A stretch of 16,107 nucleotides of DNA from Candidatus Fraserbacteria bacterium (GCA_037442925.1 JBBIPG010000054.1:1-16107); one strand, 5' to 3'; shown: positions 7,545-15,534, counted from the stretch's first letter. The notes: generated by a model from the sequence alone, not told the origin. Numbers and translations are program-made.

Positions 7545-8969
7545 TTAAAAATTGATGGTAGATCTCAGGCTGGCGCTCGATAATCCCATCAACCGGAAAG
7601 CCACATTGCCCTCGAGGTGGAACATACCCGCTTCTCCTGCTACACGCAGGACGATTTGAGAGAAGTTGAGTATCCCGCTGTCCACCGCGAAGATGCTAAG
7701 AGCCGAGAACGTAGCCCCAAAGCGATTGACTCGGAAGGTAGTCACAATACCGCTGAGCCCCGTATTGGGGCTGCCGCTGGCTGAGATGCTCAAGCTCGCT
7801 GGGTTGCTGACCGGATTGATGGTGAAGGTACCCAGAAAGCTGAACGAGCTCACTGTGAAGAGCGGACTAAGGTTGAGGATGAGCGAAAGGGTACCGCTTT
7901 GCATGCGCAGGGTCACGTTGCTAAACGCGAAGGCACCCAGAACGTCCGTGAACGAGATCTTCGCGGTGAAGAGGGAGAAGAGAGGCAAGGCGTTGCTGAT
8001 CGTCAGGGTATTCTCGAATAGGCAACTGATGGCACCCGTACAATGGATCAGGAGGGCACTGGTGAAGTTGGAGGCGATGGGAATACCCGTGATTGAGATC
8101 TCCTCGAACTCGAAGAGGACCGGCGGTTTGACGGAAGGGGTCTGTGTAGTGCTCACGCAATCGGGATTGACGATGTAACTGAAGCTATGCTTCTTGATCA
8201 AGTTGGATCGCGTTTCTGATAGGCAGAAGCTCGTCTGCCCCGTTATGGTGATCCCGCTGGATGTCTGACCGGATATCGTGATGAGATCACCAAATCCGAA
8301 GGCTTGCGACTGTTGAGTATAGATGGCTCCAGCGGGCTTGACCTGACCTGGAATGGGGAAGTTGATGTCCTCGATGACGGCCAGATTTCGGAAGGTGAGT
8401 CCGGTTACAGTGATGGCCGCCTCTACGCGTTTCTTGACAAAGAGCGTCAGGCATGAGCCGGAGTCAGGCGAGCTTTCGTAGCAGACCGGAATCGAGCCGG
8501 TTTCAGTCGGATCTTCATCGATCTGCCCGTCTCCATCATTATCTACACCATCCAGTGGATCTTCATTCACCGACCCGTCGCCATCGTTGTCCAAGGCTAT
8601 CGGAACGATCCCATAGGGCTGAGCGAAGACGAACTTGTCGGCAATGTCGACGGCACCTAGGGTGGTATGGAAGCTTAGGATGATGTCCTCGAAGCCGGTG
8701 ACTCCGGCGTGGCTATGGAGATCCAGGGTGAACCCGCTCATCATCATGTTGATAGTGAAATCCGTTTCAAAGTCGAAGCGGAAGAAGGTCATCTCACACG
8801 GTTGGTCAGGAAACCCGAGGATCCCCAGCTCCGAGGCCAGTTGGCAAGAGATTGCATCGGTTGTGACCTTGAGGCCAAGGCTTCCCGTCACATCGGCCCA
8901 AGTAGAGCTGTGCCAGAATACCAAGGCGAGAAAGATGACCAGGCTAGCCGTGAGGGACTTTCTCTTCAT
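7545..8969 (-). CDS. Secreted beta-strand-rich envelope protein (outer-membrane beta-barrel-like) with an acidic Ca-binding-like insert
   Basis: GGAGGTG RBS before ATG 8969; signal peptide MKRKSLTASLVIFLALVFWHSSTWA|D; many alternating hydrophobic/polar strands; terminal Phe (LRSTINF); insert DNDGDGSVNEDPLDGVDNDGDGQIDEDP. The gene call is solid; the barrel assignment is inference. Confidence 0.75.
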   Translation of the reverse strand: MKRKSLTASLVIFLALVFWHSSTWADVTGSLGLKVTTDAISCQLASELGILGFPDQPCEMTFFRFDFETDFTINMMMSGFTLDLHSHAGVTGFEDIILSFHTTLGAVDIADKFVFAQPYGIVPIALDNDGDGSVNEDPLDGVDNDGDGQIDEDPTETGSIPVCYESSPDSGSCLTLFVKKRVEAAITVTGLTFRNLAVIEDINFPIPGQVKPAGAIYTQQSQAFGFGDLITISGQTSSGITITGQTSFCLSETRSNLIKKHSFSYIVNPDCVSTTQTPSVKPPVLFEFEEISITGIPIASNFTSALLIHCTGAISCLFENTLTISNALPLFSLFTAKISFTDVLGAFAFSNVTLRMQSGTLSLILNLSPLFTVSSFSFLGTFTINPVSNPASLSISASGSPNTGLSGIVTTFRVNRFGATFSALSIFAVDSGILNFSQIVLRVAGEAGMFHLEGNVAFRLMGLSSASLRSTINF

Positions 8970-9107
8970 ACCCCACCTCCCGCGTGCACTGCCCCCCCCT
9001 AAAGTTGGAGACATGAAATCGACGGAAGGACTATAGGGCTTTTTGCATGGTGAGACGGTAATGAGGGTCACGGCCAATACATGGCCGGGAAGAGGAACTC
9101 GGTCCGG

Positions 9108-12100
9108 CTAGTCGCAGTCGAAGGTGATGGTATCGGACCACAGATCGCCTTTGCCGGGGTGACCGGGGCGCTGGATGGCCCGGAATTTATAATTGCCCTT
9201 CTGAGTCACGCTCATAAAGATCGTGAATTCTTGATCGCTGGCCAGGGCGGGGATCGTGCCGGTGGTGATGAGCACACCGTTCTTCTGTGGGTTACCGCTG
9301 GCGCTATAGTAGAGCTCCCACGTGGTTGGCCCTTGCATGGGGCTGCCCACGTTCTTGACGGTGGCAAAGACGGTCTTTCCCTCACAGTTCTTGCCAGCGC
9401 CGGTAAACGTAAGGCTGCTCTTATCCCAGGTGGACTCTGACGTGACGGTGATTGCGACGTGGCCTTCATCGCTGGCTTGGCCGTCTGTCACTTGATAGTC
9501 GAAGCGGTCCGTGCCGGTGAAGCCTGGGTTCGGAGTGTAGGTGAAGGTGCAGTCGGGATTCACGGTGGCTGTACCGTTGGAAGCTGGTTGGGTTAAAGTG
9601 CATGTTACGATGTCGCCCGGATCATCGTCTCTTACGGGTAGAGTGCCGCTAACGGGCGTATCCTGGGGTGTGGTCAGCTCGAGGTTGTCCGCTTGCGGCT
9701 CTTCGTTCTCGGGGCAGCCGTCGTCGTCGTCGTGATCTCCATCGTGGTCTTCGGGGTCATTGGGGCAGTTGTCGTGGTCATCGGGGATGCCGTCATCGTC
9801 CTGATCGTTGTCGTTGACGGTGACAGTGACCGTAGCAGTGTCCGTGCCGCCTTTGCCGTCGCTGATGGTGTAGGTGAAGGTGTCTGTGCCATTGAAGTTG
9901 AGATTGGGCGTGTAGGTGCATGTGGTGGTGCAGACAACGGTGCCATTTACGCCTTGCGTGTTGCTAATGATGATGGGTGTATCACCATCGGGATCGGTGT
10001 CATTGGCACGCACGTCGATGACCACCGGTGTATCCTCATCGGTGCTCACAGTGTCGTCGTTGGCTAGGGGGTTGCGGTTGACATCGTTGACGGTGATGTT
10101 GAAGGTGTCGGTGTCTGTGGCCGAGCCATCGTTACAAGTGATGCTGATGTTGCTGAAGATGATCTGTTCGTTCGGATGCTGCACGGTGTCAAATGCTGGC
10201 GTATACGTTAGGGTACCCGTACCATCGCCGTTGTCTGCGAAGGTCGCTCCTGCTGGCAAGTTACTGGATGTCAGTGTGAGGCTAAGGCCGTCAATGTCTG
10301 TACAGCTAACGAGTAGGGTAAGCGTCTGGCCCTCGCTCACGCTCTGGTCGGGAATCGACGTAAGAGTCGGTGGATCGTTGACGGCTGTGACGGTAATCGA
10401 GACTGTTGCAATGTTGCTATTCAACGAACCATCATTGACTCGGAAGGTGAAGGAATCTGGGCCATTGTAGTTTCCGTTTGGCGTATACGTTACGGTGCCG
10501 GTGTTTGGGTTAAAGCCGCTCAGTATTCCGTTGCCCGGGCTGCTCATTAGTGAGAACGTGATCGGGGCGCCGTCGGGGTCTGAGCCCGTCAGTGTGATAC
10601 CAAGGGGTGTATCTTCTGGCGTCGTGACACTTTGAGGGAAGGCTTCGGGGGCGCGATTGACGTCGTTTACGGTGATCTTGAAATTCTTAGTGTCTGTGAG
10701 GGAGCCGTCGCTGCAGTTGATCTGCACCCCGCTGAAGGTCTTTTGAGTTGCCGGGTGCTGGACGGTGTCGAAGTCGGGTGTGTAGCTGAGGGTGCCGGTC
10801 CCGTTGCCGTTGTCTGTAAAGGCAGCTCCTGGTGGCAGATTGGCTGTGTTCAGAGTCAAAGTATCGCCGTCGACGTCGGTGCAGCTGACGTTGACGGTAA
10901 GAGTCTGGCCCTCGGTGACGGTCTGGTCGGGGATGGCTGCCAGTTGCGGAGCGTCGTTGATGGGGGTGACGGCGATCGAGACAGTGGCGGTGTTGCTGTC
11001 CAGCTGACCGTCATTGCATTTGAAGGTGAAGCTATCGCTGCCGTTGAAGTTGGCGTTAGGCGCGTAGGTCACGTTGGGTGGTGTACCTGATAGTGTTCCG
11101 TTCACCGGCAAGCTCACCATGCTAAAGGTCAACGGGTTACCCTCGGGATCACTGCAACTCAACACAATAGCTTTGGGCGTATCTTCAGGGGTGCTCACGC
11201 TCTGTGAGCTGGCCGTCGGCGGCGTATTCGGAGCGGCGGTGACGGAGATGGAGACGGTGGCCGTATTGCTGTCCGCTTGGCCATCGTTGCACCTGAACGT
11301 AAAGCTGTCGTCACCTACGAAGTTGGCTGTAGGCGTATAGATGACGTTGGGCGGCGCGCCGGAGAGGGTGCCATGGCCAGGCGTGCTGACGATGCTGAAG
11401 GTCAACGGATCGTTCTCCACATCGGTACAGCTCAGGGTGATAGCTACTGGGGTGTTCTGAGTTGTTGAAACAGCCTGAGAGAGTGCCACCGGCGGGTCGT
11501 TGACAGGATTGATGGTGATCGTGACGGTCGCTGTGTCTGTGCTGCCGTTCCCATCGCTGAGGGTGTAGCTGAAGGTGTCAGTTCCGAAGAAGTTGGCGTT
11601 GGGCATGTAGGTGCACTGAGTAGCAGTGCAGCTAACGGTGCCCTTGGCCGGTTGAGTATTGTTGGTAATGGTAAGGGGGTCGCCATCAGGATCAGAGTCA
11701 TTGGCCAGCACATTAATCGTGACGGGCGTGTCTTCATCGGTGGTGACGCTGTCATCGACAGCATCTGGCGCGCGGTTCACATCGTGTACGGTGAGGTTGA
11801 AGGTGTCAGTGTCTGTGGCCGAGCCATCGCTACAGGTGATGCTGAGGTTGCTAAAGACAATTTGACTGCTCGGATGCTGTACGGTGTCAAATCCCGGCGT
11901 ATACGTCAGGGTGCCCGTGCCATTGCCGTGATCTGTGAATGTAGCTCCAGGTGGCAGATTGCTGGCTGTGATGGTCACGCTGGGGCTGTCGAGATCCGCG
12001 CAAGTTACACGGACTGTGAGCGTCTGTCCTTCGTTGATTGTCTCATCCGAGATGTCAGTCAGTTGGGGCGGATCGTTCACGGGGGTTACCGTGACAGCCA

Positions 12101-13505
12101 CCGTAGCAGTGTCGCATAGAACAGGAGAACCGTTGTCGCAGACCTGATACGTGAACGTATCGGTGCCGTAGAAATCGGGTGCTGGTGTGTACGTCACGCT
12201 CCCATCGGCGTTGACAGTGACGGAACCGTTAGTGGGTCCGGCGATGATTGTCACGGTGCTGGGGTCGACAACACCGTCTACATCTGTGTCGTTGGCAATT
12301 ATATCAATTGTGACAGGGCTGTCCTCGTCTGTGGTCACCGTATCGTCTTCAGCTGCTGGTGGGTTATTGATGGGTTGGGCATTGACAGCGACTGTGATGG
12401 TGACCGTGGCGCTGTCACAGAGACCGGACGTGTCACAAATGGTGTAGCTAAAGCTGTCTGTGCCCAAGAAGCCCGGCTCTGGGATGTAGGTCACAGTACC
12501 GTCAGGGTTGATCGTTACGCTACCATGAGCCGGCTGGGTGACATCCACAATGCTAAATGAGTCGTTATCCGGGTCAGAATCATTGGAGAGGACTTCGATG
12601 ACTGCGCTTGCGCCCTCAGACAGGACTGCCGTATCGTCATGGGCGATGGGCGCGTTATTCTGACTTGTGCTTGGCGGTGGATCGATCGGGGGCTGGTCGC
12701 TCAAGGGCCGAGGGCATCCTGGCAATGGCCTATCGCTACTCACCAAAAGGCAGCTGAAGTAATCTTCTGTTTCGCCGTAGAGGAAATCGCCTTGCCCGTT
12801 CCAGCCGTGGCCACCAAACACTATGGGAACGAAGACGCGCTCATCTACCGGCTCGGTGGAGATGGTCACCCGGACCCAAAGCTCTCCCTCGAGTGGCCCC
12901 GTGATGATCTCCGGCAGATCAATCGTCCCACTGAAGCCGGGGGTTAGAGAGTAAGGTTGCTGATGCAGAGGCAGGTTACGGACGGCCCACTCCTCGGCGG
13001 CTTGCTGGTCTCGTTGTGTGGTAGTGGTACAAGTGGAGAAATCGGCCCAGCGCCCATCGTGGTCCCAGTCAAACAACACATTCAGATAGATGGGACCGGC
13101 TGTGGCTTCTCTGGGAACCGTGACATGAACGGAGAAGCGGGCACGGCTGCAGGTGAGGAAGCTTCCGGGCTCCCAGCCGTCGTCGAGATCACGATCCACC
13201 AGTAGGGCATTGTCCTCAACCGTTACGGTCTGTCCCAGGTAGACGCGCTCTTGAGGGAAACGATGCAGAATGTAGCTTGGGTCGGAGGCAGCAGAGAATG
13301 TGGAGGGGAAGGAACCGATCATTTGTGGATTGGCGCGCGTATAGCCTGCCGATAGCTCATCGGGAGCGTCGCCGTAGTCGCCGAGCGGGCCCGTAGTCGA
13401 CTGTTGGGCAGAGGATTCTATCGTAGTGATGGCGAGTGCAATGAGCCAGATCAAGCACAATAAAAGAGAAAGACCTCGCTTTACGTGATGCAACTTTGCC
13501 AACAC
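9108..13505 (-). CDS. Large secreted adhesin: GEVED domain, 11 Ig/cadherin-like repeats, TSP3-like motif, C-terminal TapA-like domain
   Basis: Signal peptide; DYGDAP...FDWDHDG...GETEDY (GEVED-like, 12759-13379); repeats of the type NxxPxAxDD...DxDGD...YTPxxNFxGxDxFTY; acidic Cys motif at 9708-9812; C-terminal WDKSSL...YKFRAIQRPGHPGKGDLWS. The start may be GTG 13505 or TTG 13493, which is better spaced from the GAGGAG RBS. Confidence 0.9.
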   Translation of the reverse strand: MLAKLHHVKRGLSLLLCLIWLIALAITTIESSAQQSTTGPLGDYGDAPDELSAGYTRANPQMIGSFPSTFSAASDPSYILHRFPQERVYLGQTVTVEDNALLVDRDLDDGWEPGSFLTCSRARFSVHVTVPREATAGPIYLNVLFDWDHDGRWADFSTCTTTTQRDQQAAEEWAVRNLPLHQQPYSLTPGFSGTIDLPEIITGPLEGELWVRVTISTEPVDERVFVPIVFGGHGWNGQGDFLYGETEDYFSCLLVSSDRPLPGCPRPLSDQPPIDPPPSTSQNNAPIAHDDTAVLSEGASAVIEVLSNDSDPDNDSFSIVDVTQPAHGSVTINPDGTVTYIPEPGFLGTDSFSYTICDTSGLCDSATVTITVAVNAQPINNPPAAEDDTVTTDEDSPVTIDIIANDTDVDGVVDPSTVTIIAGPTNGSVTVNADGSVTYTPAPDFYGTDTFTYQVCDNGSPVLCDTATVAVTVTPVNDPPQLTDISDETINEGQTLTVRVTCADLDSPSVTITASNLPPGATFTDHGNGTGTLTYTPGFDTVQHPSSQIVFSNLSITCSDGSATDTDTFNLTVHDVNRAPDAVDDSVTTDEDTPVTINVLANDSDPDGDPLTITNNTQPAKGTVSCTATQCTYMPNANFFGTDTFSYTLSDGNGSTDTATVTITINPVNDPPVALSQAVSTTQNTPVAITLSCTDVENDPLTFSIVSTPGHGTLSGAPPNVIYTPTANFVGDDSFTFRCNDGQADSNTATVSISVTAAPNTPPTASSQSVSTPEDTPKAIVLSCSDPEGNPLTFSMVSLPVNGTLSGTPPNVTYAPNANFNGSDSFTFKCNDGQLDSNTATVSIAVTPINDAPQLAAIPDQTVTEGQTLTVNVSCTDVDGDTLTLNTANLPPGAAFTDNGNGTGTLSYTPDFDTVQHPATQKTFSGVQINCSDGSLTDTKNFKITVNDVNRAPEAFPQSVTTPEDTPLGITLTGSDPDGAPITFSLMSSPGNGILSGFNPNTGTVTYTPNGNYNGPDSFTFRVNDGSLNSNIATVSITVTAVNDPPTLTSIPDQSVSEGQTLTLLVSCTDIDGLSLTLTSSNLPAGATFADNGDGTGTLTYTPAFDTVQHPNEQIIFSNISITCNDGSATDTDTFNITVNDVNRNPLANDDTVSTDEDTPVVIDVRANDTDPDGDTPIIISNTQGVNGTVVCTTTCTYTPNLNFNGTDTFTYTISDGKGGTDTATVTVTVNDNDQDDDGIPDDHDNCPNDPEDHDGDHDDDDGCPENEEPQADNLELTTPQDTPVSGTLPVRDDDPGDIVTCTLTQPASNGTATVNPDCTFTYTPNPGFTGTDRFDYQVTDGQASDEGHVAITVTSESTWDKSSLTFTGAGKNCEGKTVFATVKNVGSPMQGPTTWELYYSASGNPQKNGVLITTGTIPALASDQEFTIFMSVTQKGNYKFRAIQRPGHPGKGDLWSDTITFDCD
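9441..12659 (-). repeat. Intragenic array of ~90-100-aa Ig/cadherin-like domains, including three 300-bp FDTVQHP-type copies
   Basis: Three 100-codon copies at 11778-12077, 10659-10958 and 10080-10379 (NLPxGAxFxDxGxGTGTLxYTPxFDTVQHP), interleaved with two other repeat types. Confidence 0.9.
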
Positions 13506-13515
13506 TCCTCACTGT

Positions 13516-13620
13516 AGCGAGGCTTTCGGCAGCCCAGCCGTCTCTATATTGTTCTTCTTGAGACCTGTTGGCTTTGTGCCCCTGCCTCACGGCAGGTTTA
13601 CCTTTTCGCAGCGCTCTGCT
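13516..13620 (-). ncRNA. c-di-GMP-I (GEMM) riboswitch
   Basis: Minus strand reads GAAAAGGUAAACCUGCC-GUGA-GGCAGGGGCACAAAGCCAACAGGUCUC...GAGACGGCUGGGCUGCCGAA. It shows the GGYAAAC motif, a GNRA-capped P2, the CRCAAAGC junction, P3 and a terminal GCCGA. U22-A45 covaries with the usual C22-G45. It lies between a promoter and the adhesin RBS. Confidence 0.93.
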
Positions 13621-13629
13621 TTGCTTACT

Positions 13630-13657
13630 AGTATATAGTCTGAGGATGTATTTGCAA
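13630..13657 (-). promoter_or_regulatory. Sigma70-type promoter for the riboswitch-adhesin transcript
   Basis: TTGCAA (13657-13652), 16 nt, TATACT (13635-13630). The predicted start (~13623) falls just before the riboswitch 5' strand. Confidence 0.65.
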
Positions 13658-13776
13658 GTATTCCCCGCTACATTCACACCCAACGCACCTCGGTGGGCAA
13701 GAACTAGGGCGCTTCCTGAACCTTGACGCGTCACGCAAAATATGGAGAATCTTGGGAAATAGAACGGGGGGACCTT

Positions 13777-14607
13777 ATGCTTGAGGACAAGCGAATTGCA
13801 GTTATCGGGTTGGGGAAGATCGGCGGGACGCTGGCCAGCAGCCTGATCCGCAATGGAGTCATCTCCGCGAGGAATCTCTCTGGCAGCACGGCACACCCAG
13901 AGACGGCAAAACAGTTTTCAGATCGCTATGGGATTACCGCGCACACAGACAACGCCAAACTGGTGCGAGACAAAGACATCATCATCTTGGCGGTGAAGCC
14001 TCAGAATATGCCGCGCGTGCTGGAGGAGATACACGATCAGATTACATCGAGGCAGTTGGTGATCACCCTGGCAGCGGCTATCACCACGCCCTATGTAGAG
14101 GAGCATCTGGGTAAGCGAGGGAAGAGAGATGGAATACCCGTTGTGCGCGCGATGCCCAACACTCCCTGTTTGGTGAATGAGGGGATGACCGTGCTCTGTC
14201 CGGGGAAGCATGCGCAGCGTGCTCATGTGGACATGGCTCGTGCGATCTTCTCTGCTGTGGGATTGGTTGAGGTCATAGACAATGAGGAGTTGATGGATGC
14301 CGTCACGGGGCTCTCGGGAAGCGGGCCGGCCTACGGCTATATCATCATTGAGTCACTGGCAGAGGGGGGCGTGAAAGTCGGGCTCCCGCGGGACTTGGCG
14401 ACGAAGTTGGCGGCTCAATCGATGCTGGGCGCTGCACAGATGGTATTGGATACGCGTGAGCACCCGGCCAAACTCAAAGATGCGGTAACGACTCCTGCCG
14501 GGACAACTGTAGACGGACTTCTGGAGCTGGAGGCCGGGGGTGTGCGCGTGGCCCTGATTAAAGCCGTTGATCGCGCCACGCAGAAATCGAAAGAACTGTC
14601 GCGCTAG
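13777..14607 (+). CDS. proC: Pyrroline-5-carboxylate reductase
   Basis: IAVIGLGKIG Rossmann motif, ILAVKPQ, VRAMPNTP, AVTGLSGSGPAY, VTTPAGTT. GGGGGA RBS before ATG 13777. Confidence 0.97.
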   Translation: MLEDKRIAVIGLGKIGGTLASSLIRNGVISARNLSGSTAHPETAKQFSDRYGITAHTDNAKLVRDKDIIILAVKPQNMPRVLEEIHDQITSRQLVITLAAAITTPYVEEHLGKRGKRDGIPVVRAMPNTPCLVNEGMTVLCPGKHAQRAHVDMARAIFSAVGLVEVIDNEELMDAVTGLSGSGPAYGYIIIESLAEGGVKVGLPRDLATKLAAQSMLGAAQMVLDTREHPAKLKDAVTTPAGTTVDGLLELEAGGVRVALIKAVDRATQKSKELSR

Positions 14608-14670
14608 CTCTGTGCAGAAGTTCCTTCCAGCTTGTCTGGCCAAGAAGCTTCGGAGTAGTATGGTAGCGCG

Positions 14671-15534
14671 ATGGTCTTAGCGATCGACTACTGGTGCAAT
14701 CTCTTCACGGAGGCGGGTCTTCGCCGCTTTCGGGATTCGAAGATGCTCCGCTATGCTTTTGAGCTTTTTCATCGGGGCGAGCGCATCGCAGAGGGCGCAG
14801 GCCACTCACCCGAATTATTTCTCAAAGAACTGGATGATGCGGGCGTGGAGAAGATTCTCATTCCGGCCTTCAAGATGGGTGATCCTTGGGGAGACATGGA
14901 GATGTCTCAACCCGAAGAAGAGATCCTTCCGCTTGCGAAAAGATTTCCCCAACGCATCTATGGTCTTGTAGGGATCAATCCCAAGCAGCGCATGGAGGGC
15001 GTACATCGTTTAGAGCATTTCGTCAAAGAGCACGGTTTCGTGGGGGCGCATCTTCACCCGTATGGCTTTGGGCTAGCTCCCAATCATCGCAGATACTATC
15101 CCTTCTATGCGAAGTGTGTGGAATTGAACGTGCCAGTCGTGATGCAGATCGGACACAGTGCGGAGTTCATGCCCAACGAGCTGGGGCGACCTCTATATCT
15201 AGATGATGTGGCGCTGGATTTCCCCGAGTTGAAGATCGTGGCGGCTCATACGGGTTGGCCTTGGTGTGAAGAGCTGATCGCCTTGGCCTGGAAGCACCCA
15301 AACATTTACATGGGGACGAGCGCTCATGCTCCAAAATATCTGGGCACGCCGGGCTACGGCACGCTCTTGCAGTTTATGAACAGCCGTGGCAAGCAGAAAG
15401 TCCTCTTCGGGACGGATTATCCCGTGCTCTATCACAAAGAAGCATTGGAACAGGTGAAGGGTTTGGGCTTGAGTGAAGAGGCCGAGCAGAATTATCTCCG
15501 GGAGAACGCGCTCAGAATTTTCAGATTGGAGTGA
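14671..15534 (+). CDS. Amidohydrolase family protein (amidohydro_2, TIM-barrel)
   Basis: HLHPY, YPFYAKCVELNVPV, QIGHS, DFPELKIVAAHTGWPW, KVLFGTDYP, ENALRIF. Confidence 0.9.
   Translation: MVLAIDYWCNLFTEAGLRRFRDSKMLRYAFELFHRGERIAEGAGHSPELFLKELDDAGVEKILIPAFKMGDPWGDMEMSQPEEEILPLAKRFPQRIYGLVGINPKQRMEGVHRLEHFVKEHGFVGAHLHPYGFGLAPNHRRYYPFYAKCVELNVPVVMQIGHSAEFMPNELGRPLYLDDVALDFPELKIVAAHTGWPWCEELIALAWKHPNIYMGTSAHAPKYLGTPGYGTLLQFMNSRGKQKVLFGTDYPVLYHKEALEQVKGLGLSEEAEQNYLRENALRIFRLE

Noticed and set aside
8992..8999. C8 tract upstream of the beta-rich gene as a phase-variation switch
   Set aside because: The tract is short and is not demonstrably within a promoter spacer or coding frame.
10080..12077. 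Recurring DNA repeats considered as a CRISPR array or a DGR template/variable pair
   Set aside because: They are in-frame protein domain repeats. There is no fixed repeat-spacer period, no obvious adenine-specific mismatch pattern, and no cas or reverse transcriptase gene in the window.
9081..13205. Many plus-strand ORFs of 60-184 aa opposite the adhesin, and similar shadow ORFs over the other genes
   Set aside because: They are antisense or alternate-frame shadows of long biased coding regions, with no recognisable domains or convincing RBSs.
13602..13602. cGAMP-sensing (GEMM-Ib) variant of the riboswitch
   Set aside because: The discriminating position 20 is G, not A.
13724..13733. Perfect palindrome TGACGCGTCA upstream of proC, considered as a CRP/FNR site
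   Set aside because: The half-site spacing does not fit the N6 consensus, and it is a single short occurrence.
13357..13896. 179-aa minus-strand ORF spanning the proC start, the riboswitch and the adhesin start
   Set aside because: It overlaps three better-supported features and has an implausible composition.
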